Below, piece after piece: positions 12,555-25,330 of a DNA stretch of 64,000 nt. The notes under the pieces were generated by a model. It saw only the letters and a list, made by a program, of their open reading frames with translations. It searched no databases and was not told the DNA's origin. Location of the stretch: NCBI GenBank assembly GCA_048013815.1, contig CM106586.1:4526001-4590000 (forward strand), read 5' to 3'. A program made the position numbers and the translations under genes. The stretch's first letter is position 1. Every line of letters starts with the position of its first letter. This DNA is from Setoptus koraiensis. Taxonomy: Eukaryota; Animalia; Arthropoda.

Positions 12555-15500
12555 CTATGTTGTGATTATGTAATCGAGCCGCAAGTTGTCAAGTCGCTTT
12601 CGCTCGCCTCTTGTCGCAAATTCTTGTCAAGTTGTGATTCCGACGACTACTTGCCGCTCGTTGTTGTGTCTGTGAAGTGTTTGTGTTTAACTGCAACATC
12701 GACGACCACGACGCCAGCGCCAACAACAACAACAACAGCGGCGGCAACAACAGCAACAACAAAACAGCAACAAGACATCTATTGCGTTGCAAGACTTAAG
12801 ACTCAAGACTCAAGAGAAAGATGCACACACTCCTACACACAGAGTCTAGTGTTTGTGCCCCCCGTTTGTTGCCCCGCCTTGAGTTGCGCTGGCATAACTG
12901 CGCACTGCTGCCGCTGCCAACTACTTGCCCCTGCTGCCGCTGGCTGCATGCGTCTTTGTTCTACCGTCGTTACTTGCCCTCGCCCCTTCCCCCGGCTGCC
13001 CCCCCCCCCTGCTGCCCTGCGAACAAGTAGCGCACAAGTAGCGCGCAAGCAGCGCGCAAGCAGGAGTGCTTTCCCCCCGCGGGCGGTGGTGTGTCGTAGT
13101 CGTCTCTAGTCGTCGTGTGTCTCAATCTCCACTCAAACTTATGCTCATACTTCTATTTGTCTCAATGTGTACTTGAGTCTAATATTGCACACAATGTGTG
13201 TGTGTGCGCGCATGCGTGTCTTCATAGCGCACACCTTGAACGACAGCGCGGCGGCGATGTTTGCAGCAGTCACTATAGTGTGTGCGTCACGCAGCGCGTC
13301 ATTGTCGTGCCCATACGACAGCAGCAGCAGCGGCGGCGGCGGCACAAACAGCGCCAAACAAGCAGCCAACCAGCGAGCGTCGAACGAGAGCGTACGAGCG
13401 CAGAGAATTATCGCGTCGCGTCGCATCGAATGTTCGCCGCCGTTCGATGCGTGCACACACACACGCACACACACACGCACAGGCTGCCATATATACAGCG
13501 GCCAGGTAACGAGCGAACGATCGGCCACCAATCGGAGCAGCTGCAATCGGTCGGCTGCAGCCACAAGTTGCAGCATCAGCGGGCCGGCCCGCTAATAAGT
13601 TGTTATGCGGCGTCAACTGCGCCGGCACGAGTCCACGCGAACTCTTGCCGCTCGCACTGCGACGCGCGCCGCGGTCGGCCAACGGAGCGTCTTTTTGGCA
13701 CGGGCCAGCCGCTCGCTGTCGCCTGACAGGAGCGGGTCGCTGGTAGCTCCACAAGTTGGCCACTCGATGCACCAACCGGCCGCAACCGGCAACAACCGAC
13801 AACGTCAAGCAACAACCGACAACGACAAGCAACAACCGGCAGCAAGCAACAACAAGCGACAAGCAACAGCAAGCAACAACTGGTAGCCACGAGCGACAAC
13901 TGAGCGCACGACCTCGGCCCTCGCCCCCGCTGCACGCTGCGCTCAAACTGCGGCTGCACCAACACGCAGTGTTGGTGCAGCGTGTGCTGGCCACGTTCCA
14001 CCTTTTACGCCAGCGATGGCTGCACCAACCCACTGGCACGTACTGCCATTAGCGGCCACCGCATCAATTGATGCAGCACCATTGATGCAAGATGCAAGAT
14101 GGTGCACGGTGCCTGTTGTGTGTGCGCATCGCGGTGCCAGCATAGCCATTGTTCACCAGTTGCTGCCGGTCGCTGGCCGGTCGCCGGCCACCGGTGCCCA
14201 CAAGTCGCCATTGGTTACAAGCGGCCAGCCTGCATACATATATAAGTATATATATATATATAACATAACCATATATAGCCCCACTCACTGACCATTCACA
14301 TAAATAACATATGAATGGAGCCATCTACGCACAAACAATCGGGCCGCGGGTCAGTGGCCGCGCAACACACTCGCCCACATCCTCCGCGCATGCAAATCCG
14401 CAGCTCACCTTGGGCAACTGGTCGCCGTGTCTGTCTTGTAGGGGGCCGCTGGCAGCCGACTGCTCGCGGGCCGACGGGCCCCACTGTCCGCGCTCAGGCA
14501 TCATAAATGCCCTCCAAGCGGGAAACTCGCGTCGTGGCCGCGAGAGGCGCACCAGAGCAGCGTCAGCGGTGCATTTCGTAACTTATCTCACAATTTTTCC
14601 ATATCTCGACCATTCGCTCGGCTTCTCGATGGCGTCTTTAATTCGTCGACTGTGACTCGCGCTGGCCGCTTCTCGGTGCGGCCAGATCAACTCGAGTCAG
14701 TTGCGCAACAATCATTTGTTTCCTCCTGTGAGTTATTGGTGAATTGTCGGCCGCTTGGAGCTGCGAATTATCGGCCGCTTGGTGAATTATTGGCCAAAGA
14801 CAAGACCTGAAAATTTGCATCTTTTCTCGCAGTGATGAATAGCATAAAAATAGATAACATGTACGAAATGATCGGTGCATGAAATATCCGCTCCACGGCT
14901 CGATGTGCGCTCACGGAGCTAGCGTATCCCGGGCGACCGGGCACCCAGAGCGCCGACGAAACGTTGCGGGCCGCAAATTGATAGACTGCGATATCGGCCA
15001 GTTGCGGGCAGATATCGGCTCGTACGACACAACAGATAGTTTGGGTCGCGCACCAGTGAACATGGCAGCGCGGCCCTATTGATTTTGGGTGTAGCGACAC
15101 AATTCGCCACTTGGACAGTCGTCGGCCGTCGGCTAGTTGCACCGGGCCCGAGTCGCGTGCCACCGGCTGCCTGTTGGCCGGTGCCGCTGCTCGGCGGCGC
15201 AGGCGAGGGGCGCGCACGACCGCTCGCGCTTCGAAATTCGAACTCTCCGAACTCTTCGAACTCTGCCAACTCTTCGAACGCTCGCAAATGGTGCGACGTG
15301 CGACGCGCACAACATCACAAAAGCGACAACCATATTTTACGCGCACACATTGCGCTTTTGTGATGATATAAGCGCACCTTTGCCGTTCGTTCAAGATTGT
15401 CCAAAGGTGAGGCCCGGCCCAACGGTGCACAGTTCGTCTGGCGCGTCGCTTCTTCGGCCCGTCGGGCGTTCCTCGCTCGTTTGCTCGTGCCGGTGACACG

Positions 15501-18225
15501 CAAGATGCAGTCGTCGCGTGTCACGTCTCCGGCAACAGCCAGTCCCAAAAGTCGCCCAACACCAACGCATGCCCACTCGGCCGCCGCCGACGTGCGAGCG
15601 CATCATCATGCGGCAACAACGGTTCAGCCCGTGTAAACGGTGCAGCCCATGCAAACGGTGCAACGCGTGCAAAACGGTGCAGCCGATGGAAGGGGAACAG
15701 GCAATGGAAACGGCGGTACAGGCGGTGCAGGCGGTGCAAACGGTAGAGGCACCAATTGCGAGAGACGCACAAAAGCATAAAATCATTCATGCACAGAGCG
15801 CAAAGTCCGATGCACAAGGCACAGGCGGCGCAATTTGAGGCGCAACACGTCTCAACGTTGCGAGGCAAAGGATCTGGCGACACGTTGCACCCGTTACACA
15901 CTCTGGCTGGCGAATTGAACAAAAAAATCTTGTGTCTCTTGCTTGTCATCCGATGCCAGTTGGCCGCCTCTTCCGGCCGCGCGGATGTTTCGCGGCGGCG
16001 GCGCGCGCTGTGTGACTGGCACATTGTGCAGCACAGTTGCGCGCACATCCTATGATGCAAGCATGGTGCACAACTGCGGTGCCCATGTTTGCAAAATGAC
16101 CACCAGTGCAGCGCACCGCGATGCACCGGCACAGTTGCAGTTGTGCGATGCACCGGTGGTTGTGCAACGGGCGCGTAGTGGCATCGCGCCAATGTCGGCT
16201 CGGCTTAAGTGGTGGCGCGCGCCAACAATTGGCCAACAACAACAGCAACAACAGCAACAACAACAACAACAGCACAAACAACAGCAACAGCGCAAACAAC
16301 AATTGCCAAAACACTGGCGAGTACCGTTAGTGTCGTGTGTCGCAATGGCGCCACTTGTTGCCATTACGAAACGGATATTTTGCACATGGAACACATTGGC
16401 GCAACTCAATGTCGGCACTCATGAGCACTCATACGTATTCACACGTGAATACACCTGTACCTGTGAATATAGCTGGCGTGCTGTTGAATGCGTTGGCTCT
16501 GCAACTTGCAGACTGCAAATGGCTGGCTCAAGGTGACAATGAAACGTCGCCAAGGTGAAGGTGGCTTGTGGCGTGTGTCGGCTAATCACTAACAAGCAGT
16601 GTGACTCGCAGGAGCTTGCAAGATGCGGGCGCGCCCATCTTCCGCTGCGCGCTTTCCGCCTTTGCAAACAACAACAGCTGACAACTTCCGGCGACGCTAA
16701 ACAAAGATGTTGTCTTGCTCGCTCGCGAGTGGCGCTGTTGAAGCGGCAGCAGCACCAACAACAGCAACAACAGCAACAACAGCAACAGCAACAACGACAA
16801 CAGCAACAACGACAACAGCAACAGCACAATGATGACAAAGTGCGAATAGTAATTGTCGCACTCGCGTTGTTAGATCAACATTGGGCGTGTGCCGAACACA
16901 CGGCTTCTTCTTGCATGCAAACTGTGATTTGTGGCCGCTCATTTTACTCGCTGCTCAGGTAGACGCTGCGAATAAACCGACCGAATGAAAGCATCGGCCA
17001 AAAGACAAGCGATTAGACATAAGCCACACACACACATTACGTCAACTCATCGTCATGTGACGCTCGCTGTGCGATATCGAGTTAATTTATGTTGAGCGCT
17101 CGATTGACAAACAACAATCGACACGCCGGAACAGAGATTGTTTTGCTGGCCACTCGCTCACTCGCTCACTCGCAACCTGTCACACACTGTGCCCGGCTCA
17201 TCAGCGCAGGCGGGCCCATCGACGCTCAGTTTCTAGTTTCTGTTCCAAAAAGCCAAATCTGTGCGCCCAAATCTGGCCAGCTCGTCCAGTGGCTCCATGG
17301 TGGATGATGCTCAGAATCGAGCATAAAATTTCTCATTTTATTTATTCATTTATCATGGCCAATTTCAGCCGGCCCCACAGTATGGCTGCCCGTTCTCGGG
17401 CGATTCCTTTCTATTTGTGTGTTGCTTTTGTTTCGATTCAGGTTCGCCTCGGTCGAGCGTATGGAAAATGTTTGCAAAAATTCGAGAATATTCATTGGCC
17501 GACTTAATGTCTCTGTGAGTTGCCGAGGAAGCTCGTGCGAAATAGTCAACGCTGTCAACGAGCTCTTCGTGGCTGTTTTTGGTCGGGCATTGGGCGACTG
17601 AACGTTCAACTAACGTGCTCGCGATGCCATTAGCAAGAAATATCTTGCGTTTTATTTTTTGTGCAGTCACACAACAAGAACAAGAACAAGATATGCCAAG
17701 TGGAGCCGCCAGATCAAGAAGTAAACAGTGAGTAATGGAGCTGTCAGAATGGAAGTCACGACTCGACACATGCCGCAAAATAAAATGAACGCTCGACTCG
17801 AAAATGCGCCAATCATCTTGGCGATCATGCAACAAATTCCAAAGGGAAAATTGTCATTGTCAGGCGCCTGTCGTTGGGCGGTCAACGCCATCCAATCTGC
17901 CAAGGTGAATTGCGACGATTGTGTCTGGCAGTGGTTACTGAGACAAAGATTGGCTTCGCTCGTTAATTTGTCGCACGAACAGTTCGAAGAACGAGGCCAG
18001 TCAGCCAGTTTTGAGCTGCCGTCGGCTGGAAAACGATTTTGAATTTGGCCAAATTTGCTTGCTTGTGCGCCCAATGCGGCACGCGTGCCCGCGTACTCGA
18101 GCTCGCGTCGAGATTGACTTTGTCACGAACTCGCTCCAGCTCGCTCACTCTAATTGTATAAAAATAGTGTAATAGTAGATTGGCATCGTCGACGGCCCGA
18201 CGCGGCCCGACGCGGCCCGGGATTC

Positions 18226-18361
18226 GCACAACAGCAACACAACCGCGGCACAACAGCGACACAACAGCGGCACAACCGCGGCACAACAGCGACACAACAG
18301 CGGCACAACCGCGGCACAACAGCGACACAACAGCGACACAACAGCGGCACAACAGCGACAC
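18226..18361. repeat. 11-bp minisatellite (RCACAACMGCG) with 33-bp higher-order period
   Basis: About 12 units; the ggcacaaccgc variant recurs every third unit. Confidence 0.9.
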
Positions 18362-19802
18362 GGACTGGATTTATTTATTTCGTCGTCATTTATTCAGGCG
18401 CCCATAAAATGGATATTTGCGCGTCGCAAGACACAGAGCGAGCGAAAAAAGCGCCCCATCGGAAATGTCGGACATTGTTGATTCGTTAGTTTATTGCGCG
18501 TGCTTATTCCGTTGGGCCGCCAATGTGTCCGGTGCCCGCTGGATATTGGATTGTATTGGCCTGAAAAGAGTTGTTGCGAGCTGAAAGGGGCACCAAAGGG
18601 CGCCCAGCCGGCACTGGCCAACAGGAACGGGGCTCTTTTGTATTGTTGAAAATGGCGTGCGTTTCTCTCGGACGATTCGCTCGTGTTTGGCTGGGCCAAT
18701 TCACGGGCCCAAAAGCATGCCGATTCAAGCTGAGAGAGGGTCTTCGAGGGGCCCGAGCGAAGGCAAAACGCAGATGGGGCTTCTTTTGGCTTTGTTTCTG
18801 TGCACTGGCCGTCCAGTGGAGCTCAGTTCGCAACGGTGGCCTCGGTTTGCAACGGTGGCCTCGGTTGTCGGGCGATTCGCAATGGTTACTCAAAAGTGAG
18901 CACGCCGACGGATGGCGCGCGAAAAAAAGCGGCCCCACTCAAGGGCCTCGGCCAGTATCAAGTGGTGGACAGTGTCGGACAAAGGGTTGCGGGCTTTAAA
19001 TGGCGGACACAAGTGTATGTGTATTGATTAATTGAAACAACGTTGTGTCAGTGAAGCGCAAACCTTGCGCTGGGGCCAAGAGGCAACACGAGCAATTGTC
19101 GAGCACGGCCGAGTGGCGCAATTGTGTCGCAGCGACTATTCACTGAATTTAATCATTGATTCAGCCAATAGTCAGCAATGTTTTGTTTGTGTGCGCCTCT
19201 GCGTATGGTCCCCCATTGCCAGTTCCGGCGCGCGCGTTTAAATTGATTCTTGTCGCGGAAATTGAATTGCGACCAGCAAGCGCCATCGAGCGGCCGGTCA
19301 GCGCCGCCACTGTATCGCCGCGCTGAAATCTTGGTGGACACTGGCAAGTTGGACATTGGCAGTGGCGGCTCACCTAGTGTTTGAGTGTCGTATCGCGGCG
19401 ATTTGCGACCAAGAGAGCGCTTCGAGCGCACTTGTGTCCGTTCGCAATCATCTCTGTGAAATTAAAATGCAAAAAAATGCATATTAAGCATAAAATGGCG
19501 CTCCACTCAGCCGATGGCCGTCGCCGGACGGGAGCGCCAGTCGCGAGTCGGCCCGTCACTCGGCCGGCCCGGCCGAGCTTAAGAACGCGCCCGAGCACTG
19601 GAGCCCTCAATGGCGGCCGGCCGAAACGCGGCCCGGATCGTCAGTTGGGCGACTCGAAACGGGAAATTCTTCTTAATACGCTCTCGCAAAAAAATAAATG
19701 CACTAAAACACAAAACTTGGCGTGCCAATCTCAAGCACAAACACTGGCATAAAATTAGCGCCGGACAGTGCGCGCCCCGCTCGGCCGGGCGTCGGCGGCG
19801 GC

Positions 19803-19874
19803 GGGGCCCAGTTTAGCGCCGGCCGTGGGGGCCCAGCTTGAGCGTCGGCCGTGGGGGCCCAGTTTAGCGCCGGC
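19803..19874. repeat. 25/26-bp GC-rich tandem repeat x~3, each with GGGCCC
   Basis: ggggcccagtttagcgccggccgtg / ggggcccagcttgagcgtcggccgtg / ggggcccagtttagcgccggc. Confidence 0.85.
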
Positions 19875-22800
19875 AGCGAGTGCGGGCCGGGCAGAGGCAA
19901 TCAACAAAGTAGCCAGTAGCGGCGGTTTTAAATTAGAAACTAACGCTCCGCTAAATGCCACGCGCGCTAATTAAACGCAAACATACACGTTGGGGCGCAT
20001 ATACGCGTTTGGGCTTGCATATGCGCGCATTTTGACGCATTTAAACGCGTGCCCATAAGCGGCCGAAGGGCTCGCTGCCCGGCGCCGCAAAGTGGGGCCA
20101 GCCGAGGGCTGAGGGCCGAGGGAAAAAAGAAGGCGAGCGACAACGGACGCGGCCGGCGGCCGGCACCAGAAGGAGCAGCGGCCCAGAGAGGGGGGGGGGA
20201 ATTAAAATTTTTAAGTAGACCCCGGCCGAGATAGTAACAGTTCGCAGTTTGCCCATTGCGAACGCAACGACACTGCGGGCGTCACTTTAAAGATTTGTCC
20301 GAGAAACTAATGTTCTCGGGGCCCCGAGAACGCGCCGCCGAACAGTTACGTGCCGCACGCGCAACTAATGACCAGCGCGCTTAATCATGGCCATTATTAT
20401 TATTATCGTTATTACTGTTATTTGGAGTTGTTAATTCTCCAAGTTGTCCCCCCACCCTCCCCCCACTCCATTTATCTATAATTTAGCAGTATCTCCACTA
20501 ATATCCATCGGTCCTATGGCTGCTACGTTTATAGCACTCCAACTGTAAGGTGCGGGAGTGCGGGATGAGGTGGGCGTGCCCGGGCCGGGCCCGGGTGAGC
20601 GGCGTGGGCGCGCCATAACCCGTAATCCAATTTGTTGTGGTAGTAATTAGCGATCAATTGGGCACACACACACACACACACTCTCGGCACCAAGTGGTCA
20701 GAGGTATTAACTTGGTTGTTTTGCGCGCGTGTTAGCGGCGCGACTAGCCCGCGTTGAAGGTAAATCCCGCACGGCTTGCAGCCCGGGCACTAGCAACAAG
20801 CCAGCCGCCACTTACTTGCAGCGTACGCGCGCTCGCCCCGTACACACAGAGTGGTCACTTCCGGTAACACACAGCCCAGTTGGCAAGACTGGCACACACA
20901 CACACGGCCAATTGTGCGCAGTTGGAAATGGTGACCGGAAGTGGGTAACACGGCCAACGCGAATCGGTGGTGTTTGGTTGTTGGCAGTCGACAATCACGA
21001 CGAGGACACGCTCGCATAAATGGCAGTTGAACGAATATATATTTCGCTGAGTTTATTTCGCCGTTTGTGCCCCCTCCGCAGCGTAACCCGTTAGTTGGTC
21101 GGTCGCCGGCCCGCGCTAGTGTGTGCGTGTGTGTGCGTGTGTGTGTGGCACCCAGTGCTTGTGACATAACGCGCCCAGTTCACAAACAAAATGCAAGCGT
21201 GGCGCCAGCCCCAGAATGGCAACCAAGCGGAAATGACGTCATAAGAGAGATGCTGCAAGGATGCAGCGCGAGAGCGAGAGCGAGTTGAAGAGGTATTATG
21301 AATGGACATAAATAAGAGTCTGTTTTAAATTGGAGCGCTTCAATATGCCGGCTGGCCGGTGTCGCGCCGGCCCCACTTCTACTGACCCGTGTGCGTGTCA
21401 GTTGCAAGAAGATGCGACCCTCCGCTGGCTATTACATAACTAAATGGGCGCCATGCACCCGTCGTCGTGGTCGGCAGCAGTGAGCATCGTTTGAGCACAA
21501 TATGCAAATTATGTCAACTATTACTAAACGCGCCACTAATCGACAAACGAAATTAATACCCCAAGCGCTGCCCTAGGGCAACTCATGCTCTCCGGCCAGT
21601 GAGTCCAAGTGTGCAAAGTGGTGCGTGTGTGTCACTTTACTTTGCCCCCACTGATTTTATACCGTGGGCGCCCACCAAATTATTATATCGCCCCTGCGAT
21701 ATTCCCCCTTGCCCCCCTCCGCGGCCCGTGAACAGAGTAAATAGACTGACCCAAGCTAACGGCCCCAGCAAGAGCGAGCGAGCGAGCAAGCGACCGTATA
21801 AAGACAACGCGTTGCGTCATACTGGCGCACATATGAGACATGTGACCGTTATTTACGCACACGTACGCCACCTATGACGCAAATATGTGGATACGTGAAT
21901 ATTCTGATTGAACGCGTGCACCGTTTAACGCTGGTGCGTTATTTGTTGTTATTTTTATTTGTCGCTGGCCCGTCGAATGGACTTGGCCACTTTGCCGATT
22001 GACGAATACGCTCTTGCGCAACTGTCTTGGGTGTCTTCGATTTGTGTGTTCGCGATTTAAGTTTTGTCCAGTGTGGCGAGTTGCCAGTGGCAACAACTGG
22101 CACAGTTTGCAACGCACCTCAGTATCGATGATGTAATATGATGTGGTGATATTGTCTTAGTGGGCTCGTTGTTGAATAAACGCCCCCGGGCGGCCAGCGA
22201 CAGAACAACTTGAAACAAGCGAACACAAGACGACAGACCGATGTGTCCGATTGATATTTCCAGCGTCCAGCAACAACGAGACAGCATAGGCCGAAATTGT
22301 GATAAACGGTGCGATGGGGGCCCCCACTGAACACACGATTCAGCGCAAATTTAGCGCAAATTTAGCGGGCCCCATATCGCGGCTTGCCAGCCCACTGGCC
22401 CAACGCCCGGGATGATCCAATGTGATTGCGAGTGCGCATGATGCAAAGACACGCCGAGAGACACCCGTGCCAAGGTGAGCTCGCCGGTGCTATATGGCAC
22501 ACGGCGCCATGCAGCCATACAGCCACAGAGCCACAGAGCCATAGAGCACCGGCGAGAACTATAAAGAATGAGATGGCACGAAAACTTGAAACTCGCATGA
22601 TCAATTAGATCACTTGATTGTCGCCGTAGAGTGTTCTTATAGAGTGTGCGGCATGCGGACGAGTGAATTATTATTAGGCAGTCGCCATTATCAGCCAGAT
22701 TCATGTACGAGAGCATTGGGCCAACGCCCAGCGCAGTGTTTGTGTTATGCAACAACTTGCGCTGTCGTTGTCGCTGTCGTTGTTGTCGTTGTCGTTGTTG

Positions 22801-23766
22801 TCGTTGCTGTTGTTGTTGTCGTTGTTGCTATGACGAACGGTACTGTTATGTTGTGCTGTCGTTTTGTGTGTCGTTCGGCCGCCAGCATCACCTTGTGTCT
22901 CTCAAGCGTGACGCAATACTAGTTAGACAGCTAGCGAGTGCAAACTCAGCTAGCCGGAAGCTGCACTAAAGCGCCAGGGGGCGCCACACTCGTTCTTCTC
23001 TTGTGCTCCAATTCTTCTCGGGGTCGGCAGCAGCCGCAGCAGCGACAACAACAATGGCAAGTTCAACTATCAAATATCTAATGATAATAAGCGGCGCGGT
23101 TGTTGTTCACCTGTGCCGCGCTCTCGTCGGGCAACCGCGCTGCTCGGTGCCACCAAAACAAGCCAAAACAAGCCAGAGCAAGCCGAAACAAGCCGAAACA
23201 AGCCGAAATAAAGCACACGAAATGGGTGGCAAGAAATCAGCGCCACTCTGGGGGCAAGCACGAGACGGCGACGGCAACAATGAGCCGGCAACAATAATAA
23301 TAATTATAATTATAATGATCATAATGATTGGCGCTCTCTTTTCGGCTGTTCGGCCGTTCGCCGTTCGCTGTTCGGCCGTTCGTCGTTCGGCCGGTCGCTT
23401 GCGGCCGCGTCTCAGCCTCTCGGCCCATTTGGTCGTTGCAGCACTAACTAACAGGGTGTCGGCCACAAAACAATCGTCATCGTTTGATATAGTCGCTGTG
23501 TTTGTGTTCATTATGGCCATCATTACAAGAGGGCCAACAAGAGAGCAAACAACCACTGATTGATGGACACTCTCTCATACAATCATGCGACAATTTGCAG
23601 ACAATTTCGCGCAATTGTCGCCCGAATGAGTCGAATGAGAACGCACTGACCGCATTTTGTTGCTGTTGCGTGAATCTTTGAACTGTCGCCAGCCCAGTCG
23701 CAAGCCACCCAAGTCAGCCAACTCGCCACAAATCCAAAGACACGCCGAGTGACACCTAAGCGGCTT

Positions 23767-23858
23767 CCGGTGTGTGCCGTCCGCGGCCCGGTGTGTGCCG
23801 TCCGCAACCCGGTGTGTGCCGTCCGCGGCCCGGTTTGTGCCGTCCGCGGCCCGGTGTG
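23767..23858. repeat. 21-bp minisatellite (CCGGTGTGTGCCGTCCGCGGC) x4.4
   Basis: Directly visible tandem units. Confidence 0.9.
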
Positions 23859-24103
23859 CGCTGTGGCGCAAACGGTTCAGTAAATAACCCAACTAGTTAA
23901 CTGGAACACGTTTGAGAGGCGTGATTGCGCAATGGCTAGGTGAGCCCGATGCGTTTATTTATCGATTGGGCCAGCCAGCAAGCGTCAATTGGGCCGAGCG
24001 CGCCGGCGAGCGAGATCGAGGGCGCACGAGGCGCGATTGTCACGTCTCACAATAATGCCGTGGCGCGGGCACGCCACTGCCGGTCGTTCTTGGAATCGCA
24101 CCC

Positions 24104-24213
24104 CGTTCGCGCCGGCTCGCTCCGTGCCGCTCGCTGGCCTAGATTGCACGGGTTCGGGCCGGCTCGCTCCGTGCCGCTCGCTGGCCTGCATTGCGCGGGT
24201 TCGGGCCGGCTCG
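24104..24213. repeat. 47-bp GC-rich tandem repeat x2.3
   Basis: Units begin gccggctcgctccgtgccgctcgctggcct at 24111 and 24158; a third partial unit begins at 24205. Confidence 0.88.
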
Positions 24214-25241
24214 GGGCCGGAATTTCTCTGGCCATCGGAGGGCCTGTGGAGGGCCAACGGCGGGGCCATCCGGCGGCGATGCGGCGGCGGCCGGCGAGCG
24301 ATCGGAGCCGCGGCAAGAATCCGAGATGGTTCAGCTCGGCTGGCCGGCGCGATCGTATTCTGGGCCCGCTGAATGTACGCAAAAAGGAGCGATTATGTGT
24401 GCGTGTGCGGTGACAACGGTATCGCACATCCGCTGGCGCAAATCACGGCGAGCGGCCGCAATTGGTCAACGGCAAATTATCTGCCGCTGTTCGCTATTTA
24501 TAGTCTTGCTGCTAAATTGAATATTGGCCAAACTCTCCATTGGCAATTAATAATCGCGGGCCGCCAGCGTGAGACAAAGATGCCCGTGATTTGGCTCGAT
24601 CGCCGTCACACGGCGGCGGCGGCGGCGGAGATAGTTGCAGAGTTTGTCGCGGAGACTGTCGCAATTGGGCCCAACGGTGAGCGACCGACCAAATGCCCTC
24701 CACTCCAATTACATAATACATGCGATGTGGCGCAGTTAAACAACGCTCATGTATTATATAACTTGTATTATATAACTTATACTATATATATATATTATGC
24801 AGTGTTAGTAGTGGGCGGCCGGTAGTGCGCATGCAAGCAACTGTGCGATAATAATAATGTGAATACTAATAATAATAATGTTTTAATAATAAGCCAAGGG
24901 TACGGGTGCACACGCGGGCGTCAGATTTCCACTTAAGCTCGCGAATCGCAAATTCAGTCGTCATTCACATTACGACATTGCACTGTTTTAATATTACCTC
25001 TACCTATCCCTGGCTGGATATTGCATAAGAGCGGCGGCACATGAGCCGACTGGTCAGCCAGCGAGCAGCCAATAGCGGCTCATGCTCCCACGCTGACCAG
25101 TTGGTTGGCCGGCTGGCACAGTGTTTAGAATGCGTGTGTTTAGTTTGCGCATTGTGCACAGCGAGCACAATTTCCTTTGAACAAAACAATGTGCCATTAT
25201 TAATAGTCGCAATGGTCAACTCACGCCGACTGTCTGCACTC

Positions 25242-25330
25242 ACAGACAAACGGGCAGACAAACCGACAAACGGACAGACAAACGGACAGACGGACAGACA
25301 AGCGGACAAACGGACAGACAAACGGACAGA
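25242..25330. repeat. 12/8-bp tetramer-derived minisatellite (ACAGACAAACGG)
   Basis: Directly visible. Confidence 0.85.

Noticed and set aside
17495-17517. Kinase-like HRDIKSAN on the minus strand (ORF 17365-17835)
   Set aside because: Not followed by the hydrophobic strand or DFG, and no other kinase motifs are nearby.
19695-19705. 11-nt match to the 5' end of miR-277 (TAAATGCACTA)
   Set aside because: The rest of the mature sequence differs and there is no hairpin partner arm.
18226-24213. Regular repeat arrays as possible CRISPR
   Set aside because: Units are contiguous tandem repeats without unique spacers, the context is eukaryotic, and there are no cas genes.
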